Below are positions 54,598 through 63,953 of a DNA stretch of 64,000 nucleotides, piece after piece (positions within the stretch are counted from its first letter, which is position 1; every line of letters starts with the position of its first letter). A program made the translations under genes and the position numbers. Origin of the DNA: an uncultured Dehalococcoidia bacterium (GTDB lineage: Bacteria; Chloroflexota; Dehalococcoidia; Lucifugimonadales; UBA2962); assembly GCA_964477845.1 (NCBI GenBank), contig CAYZES010000008.1, positions 3,749 to 67,748 of the forward strand. The letters are read 5' to 3'. Below the pieces are notes generated by a model, which saw only the letters and a list, made by a program, of their open reading frames with translations, had not been told where the DNA came from and made no database searches.

Positions 54598-55270
54598 AAT
54601 GTACGGACTAGGAATGGCCAAGGGGCTGATGGTAACGGCCAAGAACCTCATCCTGCCCAGCAGGCTGACTTCGGTCCAGTACCCGGATCGGAGGGTAGGC
54701 ATTCTGGGCCTGGCCAAGCATGACGGCGTCAGCCCCTTCGAACTGCTGGCCAAACGACCGGTAGAGGCGCTGAAGGCCTTGGTGGGCCTTGCCACGGTAG
54801 CCGACAGGCTGCCCCAGCATCCGCGTTTTCGGGGAGAGGAGTTCACCTGGTACGAACAGCGCTGCACCGGCTGCGCCAGCTGCGCCAAGTACTGCCCCCT
54901 GGGAATCATCGAGATCGTGACCAGCGAGTCTGGTGAACAGGTTCAGGAGGGTCAGAAGTACCACCTGGACGTGTTCGATATCGACATCGGGCGATGCATG
55001 TTCTGCGGGCTCTGCGTGGAGGCCTGCCCCTACGATGCCCTGCACATGGGTAGCGGCTTCGAGGAGGGCCAGTACAGGCGGAACGACCTGGTCATTCGCA
55101 AGGACAGGCTCGTACAGGAGCCGAAGCGTCCAAGCACATGGTTCCGTCCCCAGCATGCCGCGGCCCGCTACGACCCCCACAAGGCGGCCGGTGAGGTCGA
55201 GTGGTCCACTGCGGGGCGACACGAGCGGCCGACCCTGGATGAGCAGCGCGCCAGGTGGGCCAAGCGGTGA
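54587..55270 (+). CDS. nuoI: NADH-quinone oxidoreductase subunit I
   Basis: Two 4Fe-4S motifs, CTGCASCAKYCP and CMFCGLCVEACP. Overlaps the nuoH end. Confidence 0.93.
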   Translation: MSTEMYGLGMAKGLMVTAKNLILPSRLTSVQYPDRRVGILGLAKHDGVSPFELLAKRPVEALKALVGLATVADRLPQHPRFRGEEFTWYEQRCTGCASCAKYCPLGIIEIVTSESGEQVQEGQKYHLDVFDIDIGRCMFCGLCVEACPYDALHMGSGFEEGQYRRNDLVIRKDRLVQEPKRPSTWFRPQHAAARYDPHKAAGEVEWSTAGRHERPTLDEQRARWAKR

Positions 55271-55352
55271 TCGCCGAAACCAGGTCGATCGCGCGGGGCC
55301 GGACCGTTAAGACCGTTGGCGACCACGTCCTTACGACGGGCGGAGCGCAGCA

Positions 55353-55913
55353 GTGCAGCTAGGGGCGGGGACCGAGGCATCCCTTTTAATTGACATCGTC
55401 TTCTGGGCGATAGCGGCTTCGACCGTCGTGGCGGCTCTGGCCGTCGTGCTCCTCAGGGACGTGTTCAGGGCCGCGCTGTTCCTTGTCGTCGCGCTCCTGG
55501 GCGTGGCGGGCCTGTTCGTGCTCATGAGGGCCGAGTTCCTTGCCGTCGTGCAGGTGCTGATCTACGTCGGGGCAATATCCGTTCTGATCATCTTCGCCGT
55601 CGTCACAACCAGGGACGTAGAGCAGGGGAGCCCGTTCAATGCGCTGAGGCTCCCGATGCTCCTCATAGCGGGTCTCCTGATGGCCTGCGTGGCCTTTGTC
55701 ATCTACAGCACCGACTGGGTCCTGATAGAGGCGGCGGCATCCAGTGGCGAGATATCCGGTGCCGCGGCCGACGAGATCGGCCGTGTATATGACAACACGA
55801 TTCCGGGCATAGCCGGGCTCCTGATAACCAATTACGTTCTGGCCTTCGAGGTGGCCTCGGTCGTTCTACTGGCGGCCGTGGTGGGCGCTCTGGCCCTGTT
55901 GAGGCGGCGATAG
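55353..55913 (+). CDS. nuoJ: NADH-quinone oxidoreductase subunit J
   Basis: 186 aa. AEFLAVVQVLIYVGAISVLIIFAV is typical of NuoJ. Confidence 0.9.
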   Translation: MQLGAGTEASLLIDIVFWAIAASTVVAALAVVLLRDVFRAALFLVVALLGVAGLFVLMRAEFLAVVQVLIYVGAISVLIIFAVVTTRDVEQGSPFNALRLPMLLIAGLLMACVAFVIYSTDWVLIEAAASSGEISGAAADEIGRVYDNTIPGIAGLLITNYVLAFEVASVVLLAAVVGALALLRRR

Positions 55914-56267
55914 ATGGGCCTTGAGAGCATGCTCCTTGTCGGGGCGATCATCTTTTTCATAGGCCTGTTCGGCGCGCTCACCAAGCGGAACGCGATTGTG
56001 GTTTTGATGTGCCTTGAGCTGATGTTCAACGCGGTCAACATAACGGCGGTGGCCCTTTCACGTTACGTCCTGCCCAGGGCGGTGGCCGGCGAGTCTGTCG
56101 GGGCGATTGAGGAGGCGGCAAGGCTGGTCCTGACCGGACAGGTCTTCTCGGTCTTCATCATCACCGTGGCCGCCGCCGAGGTGGCGTTGGGCCTGGCCAT
56201 CGTCATAGCGCTGTTCCGCAATCGCGAGACGGTCTTTGTATCCGACGCAAGCGAGATGAAGCACTAG
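55914..56267 (+). CDS. nuoK: NADH-quinone oxidoreductase subunit K
   Basis: 117 aa. LTKRNAIVVLMCLELMFNAVNI. Carries an insertion of roughly 15 aa in the loop before the last TM, relative to typical NuoK length. Confidence 0.92.
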   Translation: MGLESMLLVGAIIFFIGLFGALTKRNAIVVLMCLELMFNAVNITAVALSRYVLPRAVAGESVGAIEEAARLVLTGQVFSVFIITVAAAEVALGLAIVIALFRNRETVFVSDASEMKH

Positions 56268-56269
56268 GC

Positions 56270-56464
56270 TTGTTCACCGACTACCGAAAGGCTCCCAACC
56301 TGATGGCGGCCGAGATGTGGAAGGCTGCGCTGGAGGCCGAGGGGCTGCCCGCCAAGATCCTGCCGGAAGGCGACATCCTCACCTGGGGCGAGAGGGTGAC
56401 GTACCGAGTGATGGTTCCCAAGGGCCGCGAGCACGTGGCCGACGAGATCCTCAGGAAGCTGTAG
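56270..56464 (+). CDS. Small soluble protein (DUF2007-like, putative PII-fold) embedded between nuoK and nuoL
   Basis: 64 aa (TTG start), or 53 aa from an internal ATG. Starts 2 nt after the nuoK stop, and its stop abuts the nuoL ATG (TAGATG). AAEMWKAALEAEGLPAKI ... YRVMVPKGREHVADEIL resembles DUF2007 from memory. Confidence 0.55.
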   Translation: MFTDYRKAPNLMAAEMWKAALEAEGLPAKILPEGDILTWGERVTYRVMVPKGREHVADEILRKL

Positions 56465-58456
56465 ATGATAGGCGAGATTGCCGTCTGGCTGATCTTCCTG
56501 CTGCCGCTGGCCTCTTTCCTGGTCATCGGCCTGTTCGTGCGTCCGCTGCTCGGCAGCGGCGCGCGAGCGGCCGGGTGGGTGACGATCTCGGCCATCGCCG
56601 GATCCCTTGTCCTCTCGATATGGGCGCTGGCGAGCGTGGCGAGCAATCACGGCGCGGTGGAGTTCGAGCCGCATACGTGGCTGACGGTGGGGAGCCTGGA
56701 CATAAGCGTGGGGATAGTGCTCGACGGCCTAACCGCGGTCATGCTGCTCGTGGTAACGAGCGTGAGCCTTCTTATCCAGATCTACTCGACGGCATACATG
56801 AAGGGCGACGGCGGCTACGCCCGCTACTTCGCCTACATGTCCCTGTTCACCGCGTCGATGGCCGGACTGGTCATGTCGTCAAACCTGGTCCAGATGTTCG
56901 TGTTCTGGGAACTGGTCGGGGCGTGCTCATACCTCCTCATAGGATTCTGGTTTCACAGGCCTTCCGCAGCCGCGGCGGCCAAGAAGGCCTTCGTTGTCAC
57001 GCGCGTCGGTGACTTCGGGTTCCTGCTGGCGATCCTCTACCTGTTCTTTAACGCAGACTCCTTCACCGCCCAGGGGCTGAACCCGCTTGAAGTAACCGAC
57101 CTGCACGCGGCGATCGCCGTTGGCGGCGTGATGACCAGCGCGGTAGCGGGATGGGTGGCCGGCGGGATCTTCGCCGGGGCCGTGGGCAAGTCTGGTCAGG
57201 TGCCACTTCATACCTGGTTGCCGGACGCAATGGAGGGCCCAACGCCGGTAAGCGCGCTCATCCACGCCGCCACGATGGTCGCAGCCGGGGTGTTCCTGGT
57301 CGCGCGGTTTTTCCCGGTGTTCGAGGCCTCGGAAGAGGCGATGCGGACCGTCGCAATCGTCGGCGGGGTGACCGCAATTTTCGCTGCCAGCATCGGGCTC
57401 GTGCAAAACGACATCAAGCGGGTTCTGGCCTACTCGACGATCAGCCAGCTCGGCTACATGATGCTGGCGCTTGGAGTGGGAGCGTACGGCCCGGCAATCT
57501 TCCACCTGTTTACGCACGCCTTCTTCAAGGCCCTGCTCTTCCTCGGCGCCGGCAGCGTCAGCCACGCCGCCGGGGGGACCTTCGACATGCGCTACATGGG
57601 CGGCCTGCGCAGGAGAATGCCGTGGACCTGGGTGGCGTTCCTGATCGGGGCACTCAGCCTCGCCGGCATAGCCCCAACCGCGGGTTTCTGGAGCAAGGAT
57701 GAGATCCTGAGCTACGCCCGGGCGGGCGCGAGTTGGGACGCGGAACTTGTCTTCTGGCTGGGCCTTGTCGCTGCGTTCATGACCGCCTTTTACATATTCC
57801 GCGCGCTGTTTATGACCTTCGAGGGCGAGTACCGGGGCGGCGCCGAGGCCGACCCCGAGGCCGATGCTCATGGAGACGCCGAGCCGCACGAGTCGCCGCC
57901 CAGCATGGTTTTTCCTCTGGTGCTGCTGGGCCTCGCCACCCTCGCGGTCGGCTGGCTGGTCAATCCGCTGACCGATCTGCGTGTGGTTCCCCTGCACTGG
58001 TTCGCCGAATTCGTCAATATCGGCCCGCCCCACGATTCCCTGGCCGACGGTCATGTGGCTGTCAAAGACTTCAGCCGCGGGCTGGCCCTGGTCACCAGTT
58101 TGCTCGCGGTCGGCGGTATCGCGCTGGCGTACCTGATGCATGTTCTCAGGTCGAGGGGGCGCATGGGCGGCTTCGGGCCGACTGAGCCGCTGCATCGAGT
58201 GCTGGTCAAAAAGTACTACGTGGACGAACTGTACGAGGGCCTGATCACGCGCAGGCTCTTTTACGGCCGCTTCGCCCTGTCACTGGACTGGCTGGATAAG
58301 AACCTGGTCGACGGGGTGGTCAGGACGCTTGACCGGCTTGGGCGCAACGTCGGTCGGGCAATAGCACAGGTCCAGACGGGACAGCTCCAGGGCTACGGAA
58401 CGGTGATTTCCGTCGGGCTGCTTGTGATCTTCGGGATCTACCTGCTGTTCCGCTAG
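56465..58456 (+). CDS. nuoL: NADH-quinone oxidoreductase subunit L
   Basis: 663 aa. Antiporter-like core (WELVGACSYLLIGFW, GKSGQVPLHTWLPDAMEGPTPVSALIHAATMV) plus a long C-terminal helix region. Confidence 0.95.
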   Translation: MIGEIAVWLIFLLPLASFLVIGLFVRPLLGSGARAAGWVTISAIAGSLVLSIWALASVASNHGAVEFEPHTWLTVGSLDISVGIVLDGLTAVMLLVVTSVSLLIQIYSTAYMKGDGGYARYFAYMSLFTASMAGLVMSSNLVQMFVFWELVGACSYLLIGFWFHRPSAAAAAKKAFVVTRVGDFGFLLAILYLFFNADSFTAQGLNPLEVTDLHAAIAVGGVMTSAVAGWVAGGIFAGAVGKSGQVPLHTWLPDAMEGPTPVSALIHAATMVAAGVFLVARFFPVFEASEEAMRTVAIVGGVTAIFAASIGLVQNDIKRVLAYSTISQLGYMMLALGVGAYGPAIFHLFTHAFFKALLFLGAGSVSHAAGGTFDMRYMGGLRRRMPWTWVAFLIGALSLAGIAPTAGFWSKDEILSYARAGASWDAELVFWLGLVAAFMTAFYIFRALFMTFEGEYRGGAEADPEADAHGDAEPHESPPSMVFPLVLLGLATLAVGWLVNPLTDLRVVPLHWFAEFVNIGPPHDSLADGHVAVKDFSRGLALVTSLLAVGGIALAYLMHVLRSRGRMGGFGPTEPLHRVLVKKYYVDELYEGLITRRLFYGRFALSLDWLDKNLVDGVVRTLDRLGRNVGRAIAQVQTGQLQGYGTVISVGLLVIFGIYLLFR

Positions 58457-58460
58457 GGGT

Positions 58461-59981
58461 ATGGACGGAGTGAACGGACTACTGACGAGCCTGGTCTTCC
58501 TTCCGCTGGTCGCTGCGGCCGGGATAGCTCTGCTCGCCCGCAGCGACCGCCAGGTTAGATGGGCCGCCGGGGCCGTGGCGCTGGCCCAGCTGGTACTCAG
58601 CATCGTCGTGTTCGCTAGCTACGACCGCGGCGCCGGCGGGCTGCAGATGGTAGACAGGGTCACCGACTGGGTGCCCATCGCCTCGTTCAACGTTGAGTAC
58701 TTCCTGGCAGTGGACGGGCTGAGTGCCCCCATGGTGCTGCTGACCGGCCTTCTCGGGATGGCGGCCGTATACGCCTCGTGGGGGATCAAGCACCGGGTGA
58801 AGGAGTACTTCGTCTGGCTGCTGGTACTGCAGACCGCCGTGCTCGGCGTGTTCACGTCGCTCGATTTCCTGATGTTCTTCCTGTTCTGGGAACTCGAACT
58901 CGTGCCGATGTTCTTCCTGATCTCCACCTGGGGCAGCGGCCGCAGAGAATACTCGGCGATGAAGTTCCTGCTGTTCACCTTCATCGGCAGCGCCTTCATG
59001 CTGGTAGGAATCCTTGCCCTGTTCGTCACGTTCGGCACGTTCGACATGACCGCCATGCCGGGCCTGATCCAGGGTGGAGCAAAGCTCGCGCTCCCCGTCG
59101 GCGCGATCTTCGGGTTACTTTTCGTCGGATTCGCCGTGAAGCTCCCGGTCTGGCCGGTTCACACATGGCTGCCGGATGCCCACACCGACGCGCCCACGGC
59201 GGTGAGCGTCATGCTCGCCGGAGTACTGCTCAAGATGGGCGGCTACGGGATGATCCGGGTCACGGCGGCGATGATGCCCGATACCATGGCGGACCTGTCC
59301 TGGCTACTGGCCACCGCGGGCGTCATAAACGTCCTGTACGGTGCGGTAGTCACCCTGCGGCAGACGGATATGAAAAGGCTCGTGGCGTTCAGCAGCATCA
59401 GCCACATGGGATACGTGCTTATCGGCCTTTCGGCGATCGCGGCGGCCTCGGCGGAGACGGGCGCAATCGGGCTTACCGGTGCGGCAATGCAGATGTTCAC
59501 CCACGGCACTATAACGGGCCTGATGTTCCTGATGGTGGGTCTGGTATACGACCGCACACACACCCGGTACATACCGGACCTGGGCGGCCTGGCCGGTAGC
59601 ATGCCGCTCATAGCGGTAGGCTTTCTGGTCGCCGGGTTCGCCTCTCTTGGCCTCCCCGGGACGAGCGGATTTGCGGCCGAGATTTTGGTCTTCCTTGGCA
59701 CCTTCCCGGTCTGGAGCTGGCCGACGGTGCTCGCGGTTTTCGGGGTGGTCATTACGGCGGGCTACATCCTGTGGATGATTCAGCGCGCGATGTTCGGACC
59801 ACGCATGGAGCGGTGGTCTAAGCTTCCGGACGCCACACGCACCGACCTGATTCCCATGGTCCTGCTGATCGTCCCGATCGTCCTGTTCGGCGTGTACCCC
59901 GCGTTCATATCCGATGTGTTCGCGGTCGGCATAGAGCCGATTGTGCAGGACGTTGCGAGCACTCAGGTCGGGCTGCGCTAG
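58461..59981 (+). CDS. nuoM: NADH-quinone oxidoreductase subunit M
   Basis: 506 aa. Contains FFLFWELELVPMFFLI and KLPVWPVHTWLPDAHTDAPTAVSVMLAGVLLK. Confidence 0.95.
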   Translation: MDGVNGLLTSLVFLPLVAAAGIALLARSDRQVRWAAGAVALAQLVLSIVVFASYDRGAGGLQMVDRVTDWVPIASFNVEYFLAVDGLSAPMVLLTGLLGMAAVYASWGIKHRVKEYFVWLLVLQTAVLGVFTSLDFLMFFLFWELELVPMFFLISTWGSGRREYSAMKFLLFTFIGSAFMLVGILALFVTFGTFDMTAMPGLIQGGAKLALPVGAIFGLLFVGFAVKLPVWPVHTWLPDAHTDAPTAVSVMLAGVLLKMGGYGMIRVTAAMMPDTMADLSWLLATAGVINVLYGAVVTLRQTDMKRLVAFSSISHMGYVLIGLSAIAAASAETGAIGLTGAAMQMFTHGTITGLMFLMVGLVYDRTHTRYIPDLGGLAGSMPLIAVGFLVAGFASLGLPGTSGFAAEILVFLGTFPVWSWPTVLAVFGVVITAGYILWMIQRAMFGPRMERWSKLPDATRTDLIPMVLLIVPIVLFGVYPAFISDVFAVGIEPIVQDVASTQVGLR

Positions 59982-60071
59982 GGGCGAATTGCCATTGGAC
60001 TCTTCTTTCAGTGAGGCGATTGACGGGAACCTTTTGGAGCGCGCGGACTTGCATTCGGTGAGGAGCCGGTC

Positions 60072-61574
60072 GTGACCGCCTACGACATCTATCTGCTCTC
60101 CCCTGAGCTGTGCCTTGTCGGCGTGGCCCTGTTGATCCTGCTCGTCGACTTTCTGGTTAAGGACCGAAGATTCCTGCCCATTCTGGTGGTCTCCGGTCTG
60201 GTTGCGGCGCTGGCGCTCACGACCACGCTGTGGATCGACCTGGACCATGGCGACCCGGCGGTGACGGGAGTATTCGGGACGCTCTCGGTGGACAAGTTCA
60301 GCCTGTTCATCAAGTTCCTCCTCGCCGGCTCAATGGCAGTCGTCGTACTGATGTCCACCGAGTACGTCCGGCGCTTCGACAACCTCCGGGCCGAGTATTT
60401 CTCCCTGATCCTGCTATCGGTGTCGGGCATGATGCTGCTCGGCTCGACACTGGAACTGATCACCATCTACATCGCGCTCGAGCTGACGGCGCTGCCGCTG
60501 GCGGCCCTGGTGGCACTTGCCGGCAGCAGCCGGTCCACCGAGGCGGGCATGAAATTCCTGATCCTGAGCGCCCTGAGCTCGGCCCTGCTGCTGTACGGCA
60601 TGGTGTGGGTGTACGGCTTTGCCGGCAGTACAGACCTGGGCGAGATAGCCCGCGGCATCTTTAGCGTGAGCAGCGGGGCAGAGCCGCTTGGCGGGTACGC
60701 CCTCCTGCTGGGGATCGTGTTCATCATCGCCGGATTCGGGTTCAAGATCTCCACCGTCCCGTTCCAGATGTGGGTGCCGGATGTGTACGAGGGTGCCCCG
60801 ACTCCGGTGACGGCGTTCCTGTCGGTGGCGAGCAAGGCGGCCGGCTTTGCGGTGATACTTCGGGTCTTTTACGTGGCATTTCCCGACTCCCTGGTCAGCA
60901 TCGAATGGAGCGCCATCTTCGCGGTTCTGGCGATCATGTCGATGACCCTGGGCAACTTCGTGGCAATCGCCCAGCGGGGAATGAAGCGACTGCTGGCATA
61001 CTCGACAATTGCCCACGCGGGCTACATCATGGTTGGCTTGGCGGCGGTCACCGCGAGGGATCCCTCCGGCGGCAGTCCCGAAGGCCCGGCTGGCGTGCTG
61101 TTCTACCTGGTCGGCTACGCGGCCACCAATCTTGCGGCCTTTGCCGCGGTGATAGCCATCTCGAACCGGGTCGGCAGCGACCGTATCAAGGACATGGCCG
61201 GGATGGGCAGGCGCGCACCCTGGATTGCCGCCGCGCTCACCTTCGCCCTGATCTCCCTGACGGGGGTTCCTCCGACGGTGGGGTTCATGATCAAGCTCAA
61301 CATATTCAGCGCCGCGGCCAGCAGCGGCCTCTCGTGGCTGGTGCTGGCCGGAGCGCTCAACAGCGTCGTCTCCGCCTACTACTACATGAAAGTGATAAAG
61401 GTGATGTACCTGTCCGAGCCGGCCGAGGTGCGCCCCGTCAAGGGCGAAAGGCCGCTTCATGTGGCGCTCGGGGTAAGCGTTGCCGCGATCCTGTTCTTCG
61501 GGGTTTATCCGACCCCGCTTATCCGCATGGCCCAGACGGCGGCCGAGGTGCTGAGCATCGGGCCCGTGATGTAA
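60072..61574 (+). CDS. nuoN: NADH-quinone oxidoreductase subunit N
   Basis: 500 aa, GTG start with ggtgaggag upstream. Contains FKISTVPFQMWVPDVYEGAPTPVTAFLS. Confidence 0.93.
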   Translation: MTAYDIYLLSPELCLVGVALLILLVDFLVKDRRFLPILVVSGLVAALALTTTLWIDLDHGDPAVTGVFGTLSVDKFSLFIKFLLAGSMAVVVLMSTEYVRRFDNLRAEYFSLILLSVSGMMLLGSTLELITIYIALELTALPLAALVALAGSSRSTEAGMKFLILSALSSALLLYGMVWVYGFAGSTDLGEIARGIFSVSSGAEPLGGYALLLGIVFIIAGFGFKISTVPFQMWVPDVYEGAPTPVTAFLSVASKAAGFAVILRVFYVAFPDSLVSIEWSAIFAVLAIMSMTLGNFVAIAQRGMKRLLAYSTIAHAGYIMVGLAAVTARDPSGGSPEGPAGVLFYLVGYAATNLAAFAAVIAISNRVGSDRIKDMAGMGRRAPWIAAALTFALISLTGVPPTVGFMIKLNIFSAAASSGLSWLVLAGALNSVVSAYYYMKVIKVMYLSEPAEVRPVKGERPLHVALGVSVAAILFFGVYPTPLIRMAQTAAEVLSIGPVM

Positions 61575-61602
61575 TCTGGGGACGGAAACCCAGTCCTCTG
61601 CT

Positions 61603-62457
61603 ATGAACAACCGCAAGGCCAGCATCGGGTTCGTCTATAACGGACAGATGCCCAGGGCACGTGACCTGGTCGACTCCCTGATCTCGTCGCTGGACATCGC
61701 CGACATCGCCTGGACCTCTCCCGCCGACAGCGTGACCGAGCGGGAAGAACTCTCGCAGACCTCCGTTCTGGTGATCTCGGGAGGCGACGGTACCATCCTC
61801 AGGACCGTCCGGGTCACCGCCCCTTACGACGTGCCGATCCTTGCGATCAACCTGGGCAAGGTCGGCTTCATGTCCGAGGTTGACGTTGACGATGCGGAGG
61901 CCGGGATAGCGAGGTACGTGAGCGGTGAGGCCCGGGGTGCCTGGATCGACGAGCGGATGATGGTAAGGGTCCGGGTAACGCTGATCTCCGGCGATAGGGT
62001 CCCCGATGCCGATGCCTTAAACGAGGTCGTGCTCAGCCGCGGACAGAGCGCGAGACTTCTCAACGTTGAGGCCAGCGTTGACGGGGCCGAGCTCACGGTC
62101 TACAGGGCCGACGGCGTGATGGTGTCGACCGCGAGCGGCAGCACCGGATACGCGATGGCGGCAGGGGGCCCCCTCGTAAGCCCCCGCCTGGAGGACATTC
62201 TGCTGCTTCCCGTCGCTCCCCACATGTGCCTGAACAGGGGACTGGTCCTGCCCGGCGACACGGTCGTGGACCTCAGGGTCGTCAACGAGGCCGATACGCT
62301 GCTTAGCGTGGACGGCTTTCCCGTCTCCCGTCTCGGTCCCGGCGATGTCGTGAGCATCCGCCGCAGCCCGCACCGCGTGCGTTTCGTAAGGCTCAGGCCG
62401 CCGCACGACTTCTATGCGACTCTAACCCGGCGCCTGGGAATCGTTGACAGGTCCTGA
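61603..62457 (+). CDS. nadK: NAD kinase
   Basis: ISGGDGTILR, NEVVLSRG and STASGSTGYAMAAGGP motifs. Starts 28 nt after the nuoN stop. Confidence 0.92.
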   Translation: MNNRKASIGFVYNGQMPRARDLVDSLISSLDIADIAWTSPADSVTEREELSQTSVLVISGGDGTILRTVRVTAPYDVPILAINLGKVGFMSEVDVDDAEAGIARYVSGEARGAWIDERMMVRVRVTLISGDRVPDADALNEVVLSRGQSARLLNVEASVDGAELTVYRADGVMVSTASGSTGYAMAAGGPLVSPRLEDILLLPVAPHMCLNRGLVLPGDTVVDLRVVNEADTLLSVDGFPVSRLGPGDVVSIRRSPHRVRFVRLRPPHDFYATLTRRLGIVDRS

Positions 62458-63001
62458 ACCGGGGCATCCCGTTTCGAGGGAGGTGGTCTTTGATGGCACC
62501 ATCATGACCGTCACGGTTGATACGCTGCGCCTTCGGGACGGGCCTGAGGCCAGATTCGAGGTCGTCGAGCACCCGGATGCGGTCACAATCGTCCCGGTCG
62601 ATGAGTCTGGGAGCGTCGTTATGGTAAGGCAGTACAGGCATGCGCCCAGGCGCCTTCTGCTCGAACTGCCCGCGGGGAAGATGGAAAGGGGCGAAGAGCC
62701 GACCGCAGCGGCACAGCGGGAGCTTCGCGAGGAGACGGGGCTGGCCGCCGGCGAGCTCAGGCCCCTGGGAGGCTTTTACGCCGCCCCGGGCTTCCTCACA
62801 GAGTACCTGCACCTGTTCCTTGCTAGGGACCTGCGTCCTTCACCCCTTAAGCCCGATCCGTTCGAGATCGTCGAGGTGGTAAGGGTGCCCGCTGCAGAAG
62901 CCCGCGCCATGGTGGCGCGTGGCGAGATAAGGGACGCCAAGACGATAGCGGGACTGTGCATGGTCCTGGGATCTCCAGGCGTCCTGGATCTCCCGGGCTA
63001 G
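62444..63001 (+). CDS. NUDIX hydrolase (ADP-ribose pyrophosphatase-like)
   Basis: Nudix box GKMERGEEPTAAAQRELREETG. Overlaps the nadK end by 14 nt; start uncertain. Confidence 0.85.
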   Translation: MTGPEPGHPVSREVVFDGTIMTVTVDTLRLRDGPEARFEVVEHPDAVTIVPVDESGSVVMVRQYRHAPRRLLLELPAGKMERGEEPTAAAQRELREETGLAAGELRPLGGFYAAPGFLTEYLHLFLARDLRPSPLKPDPFEIVEVVRVPAAEARAMVARGEIRDAKTIAGLCMVLGSPGVLDLPG

Positions 63002-63017
63002 GGGCTGCGGCGGCCTC

Positions 63018-63953
63018 TCATCCCTGCGACAGGTCTGCAAGCAGGGCAGTGGTCTGGTCCCACTGGCGCCTGTCCCCGAGGACGGTCACGACCAGCTCAT
63101 CCGCTCCCCAGCCGAACACTTCATCAAGCCTGCGGGTGACGGTGGCCGCGCTGCCGTGCACCATGACGGCGTCGGCCAGCTCGTCCGTCCACCCGGTCCT
63201 GTAGGAGTCGGGAAAGCCGGCCAGCTCGAACATCCGCGAGTAGTTTGTCGATCCCGGGAAATAGCCAAGCCGCTCCCTGAGGGCGTCCCTCGCCTCGCTC
63301 GCGTCCTCGGTCAGGCATACGGGTACATGGACTATCATCGCCGGGACCTGGCGGCCGGCCGTTCCGGCGGCCCTGCGCAGCGCGGGGAAAGCCTGGTCCC
63401 GCACGTAGTCGAGAGGGCAGACCCAGGTGATGGCGCCATCGGCGGCCCTTCCGCACAGCTCGAATGATCTGGGTCTCAGCGCCGATGCGTAGACGGGGAT
63501 GTCGACCCCGCTGCCCGCCGTGGCCCGGGCAGTGTAGAAACCGCCTTCAAGTTGCACCTCGCCGCCCTGCAGCAGGTCCTTAAGAACCCTTACGTATTCC
63601 TCCAGGTGGCCCAGGGGCCGGTCGTATGCCTGGCCGAAGTCGTGCTCCATCGAGGCCTTGTGGGCAGGCCCCACGCCCAGCGCCAGGCGGCCCGGGGCGA
63701 GATCCCAAACCGCCCGTGCCTGCTCGGCCAGGGTGATCGGGTGGCGCGACCAGCTGCGGACGACGGATGTGCCCAGCCTGATTCGCTCGGTTTGAACGAC
63801 CGCCGCGGCGTAAACGGTCAGGACATCGCAGGGTCCTGCGGCCGAGGTCATCCAGGCCGCCGGCACACCCGCGCTCTCCAGCCGCCGTATCGTCGATACG
63901 ATGCCCTGGGCGGTTCCGTCCTCTATTACTACCCCTATGGTTCGCTCTGCCAT
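63018..63953 (-). CDS. Luciferase-like monooxygenase (LLM) family oxidoreductase, possibly F420-dependent
   Basis: 311 aa with a TIM-barrel LLM-like sequence (LGTSVV ... LGVGPAH ... ELCGRAADG). Cofactor cannot be determined from sequence by eye. Confidence 0.75.
   Translation of the reverse strand: MAERTIGVVIEDGTAQGIVSTIRRLESAGVPAAWMTSAAGPCDVLTVYAAAVVQTERIRLGTSVVRSWSRHPITLAEQARAVWDLAPGRLALGVGPAHKASMEHDFGQAYDRPLGHLEEYVRVLKDLLQGGEVQLEGGFYTARATAGSGVDIPVYASALRPRSFELCGRAADGAITWVCPLDYVRDQAFPALRRAAGTAGRQVPAMIVHVPVCLTEDASEARDALRERLGYFPGSTNYSRMFELAGFPDSYRTGWTDELADAVMVHGSAATVTRRLDEVFGWGADELVVTVLGDRRQWDQTTALLADLSQG

Noticed and set aside
56927-58195. 422-aa minus-strand ORF antisense to nuoL, and likewise 60414-61625 (403 aa) antisense to nuoN and 11539-12252 antisense to hemB
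   Set aside because: All are shadow ORFs opposite strongly supported genes. Their composition is dominated by R/G/P/H/D and they have no start context.
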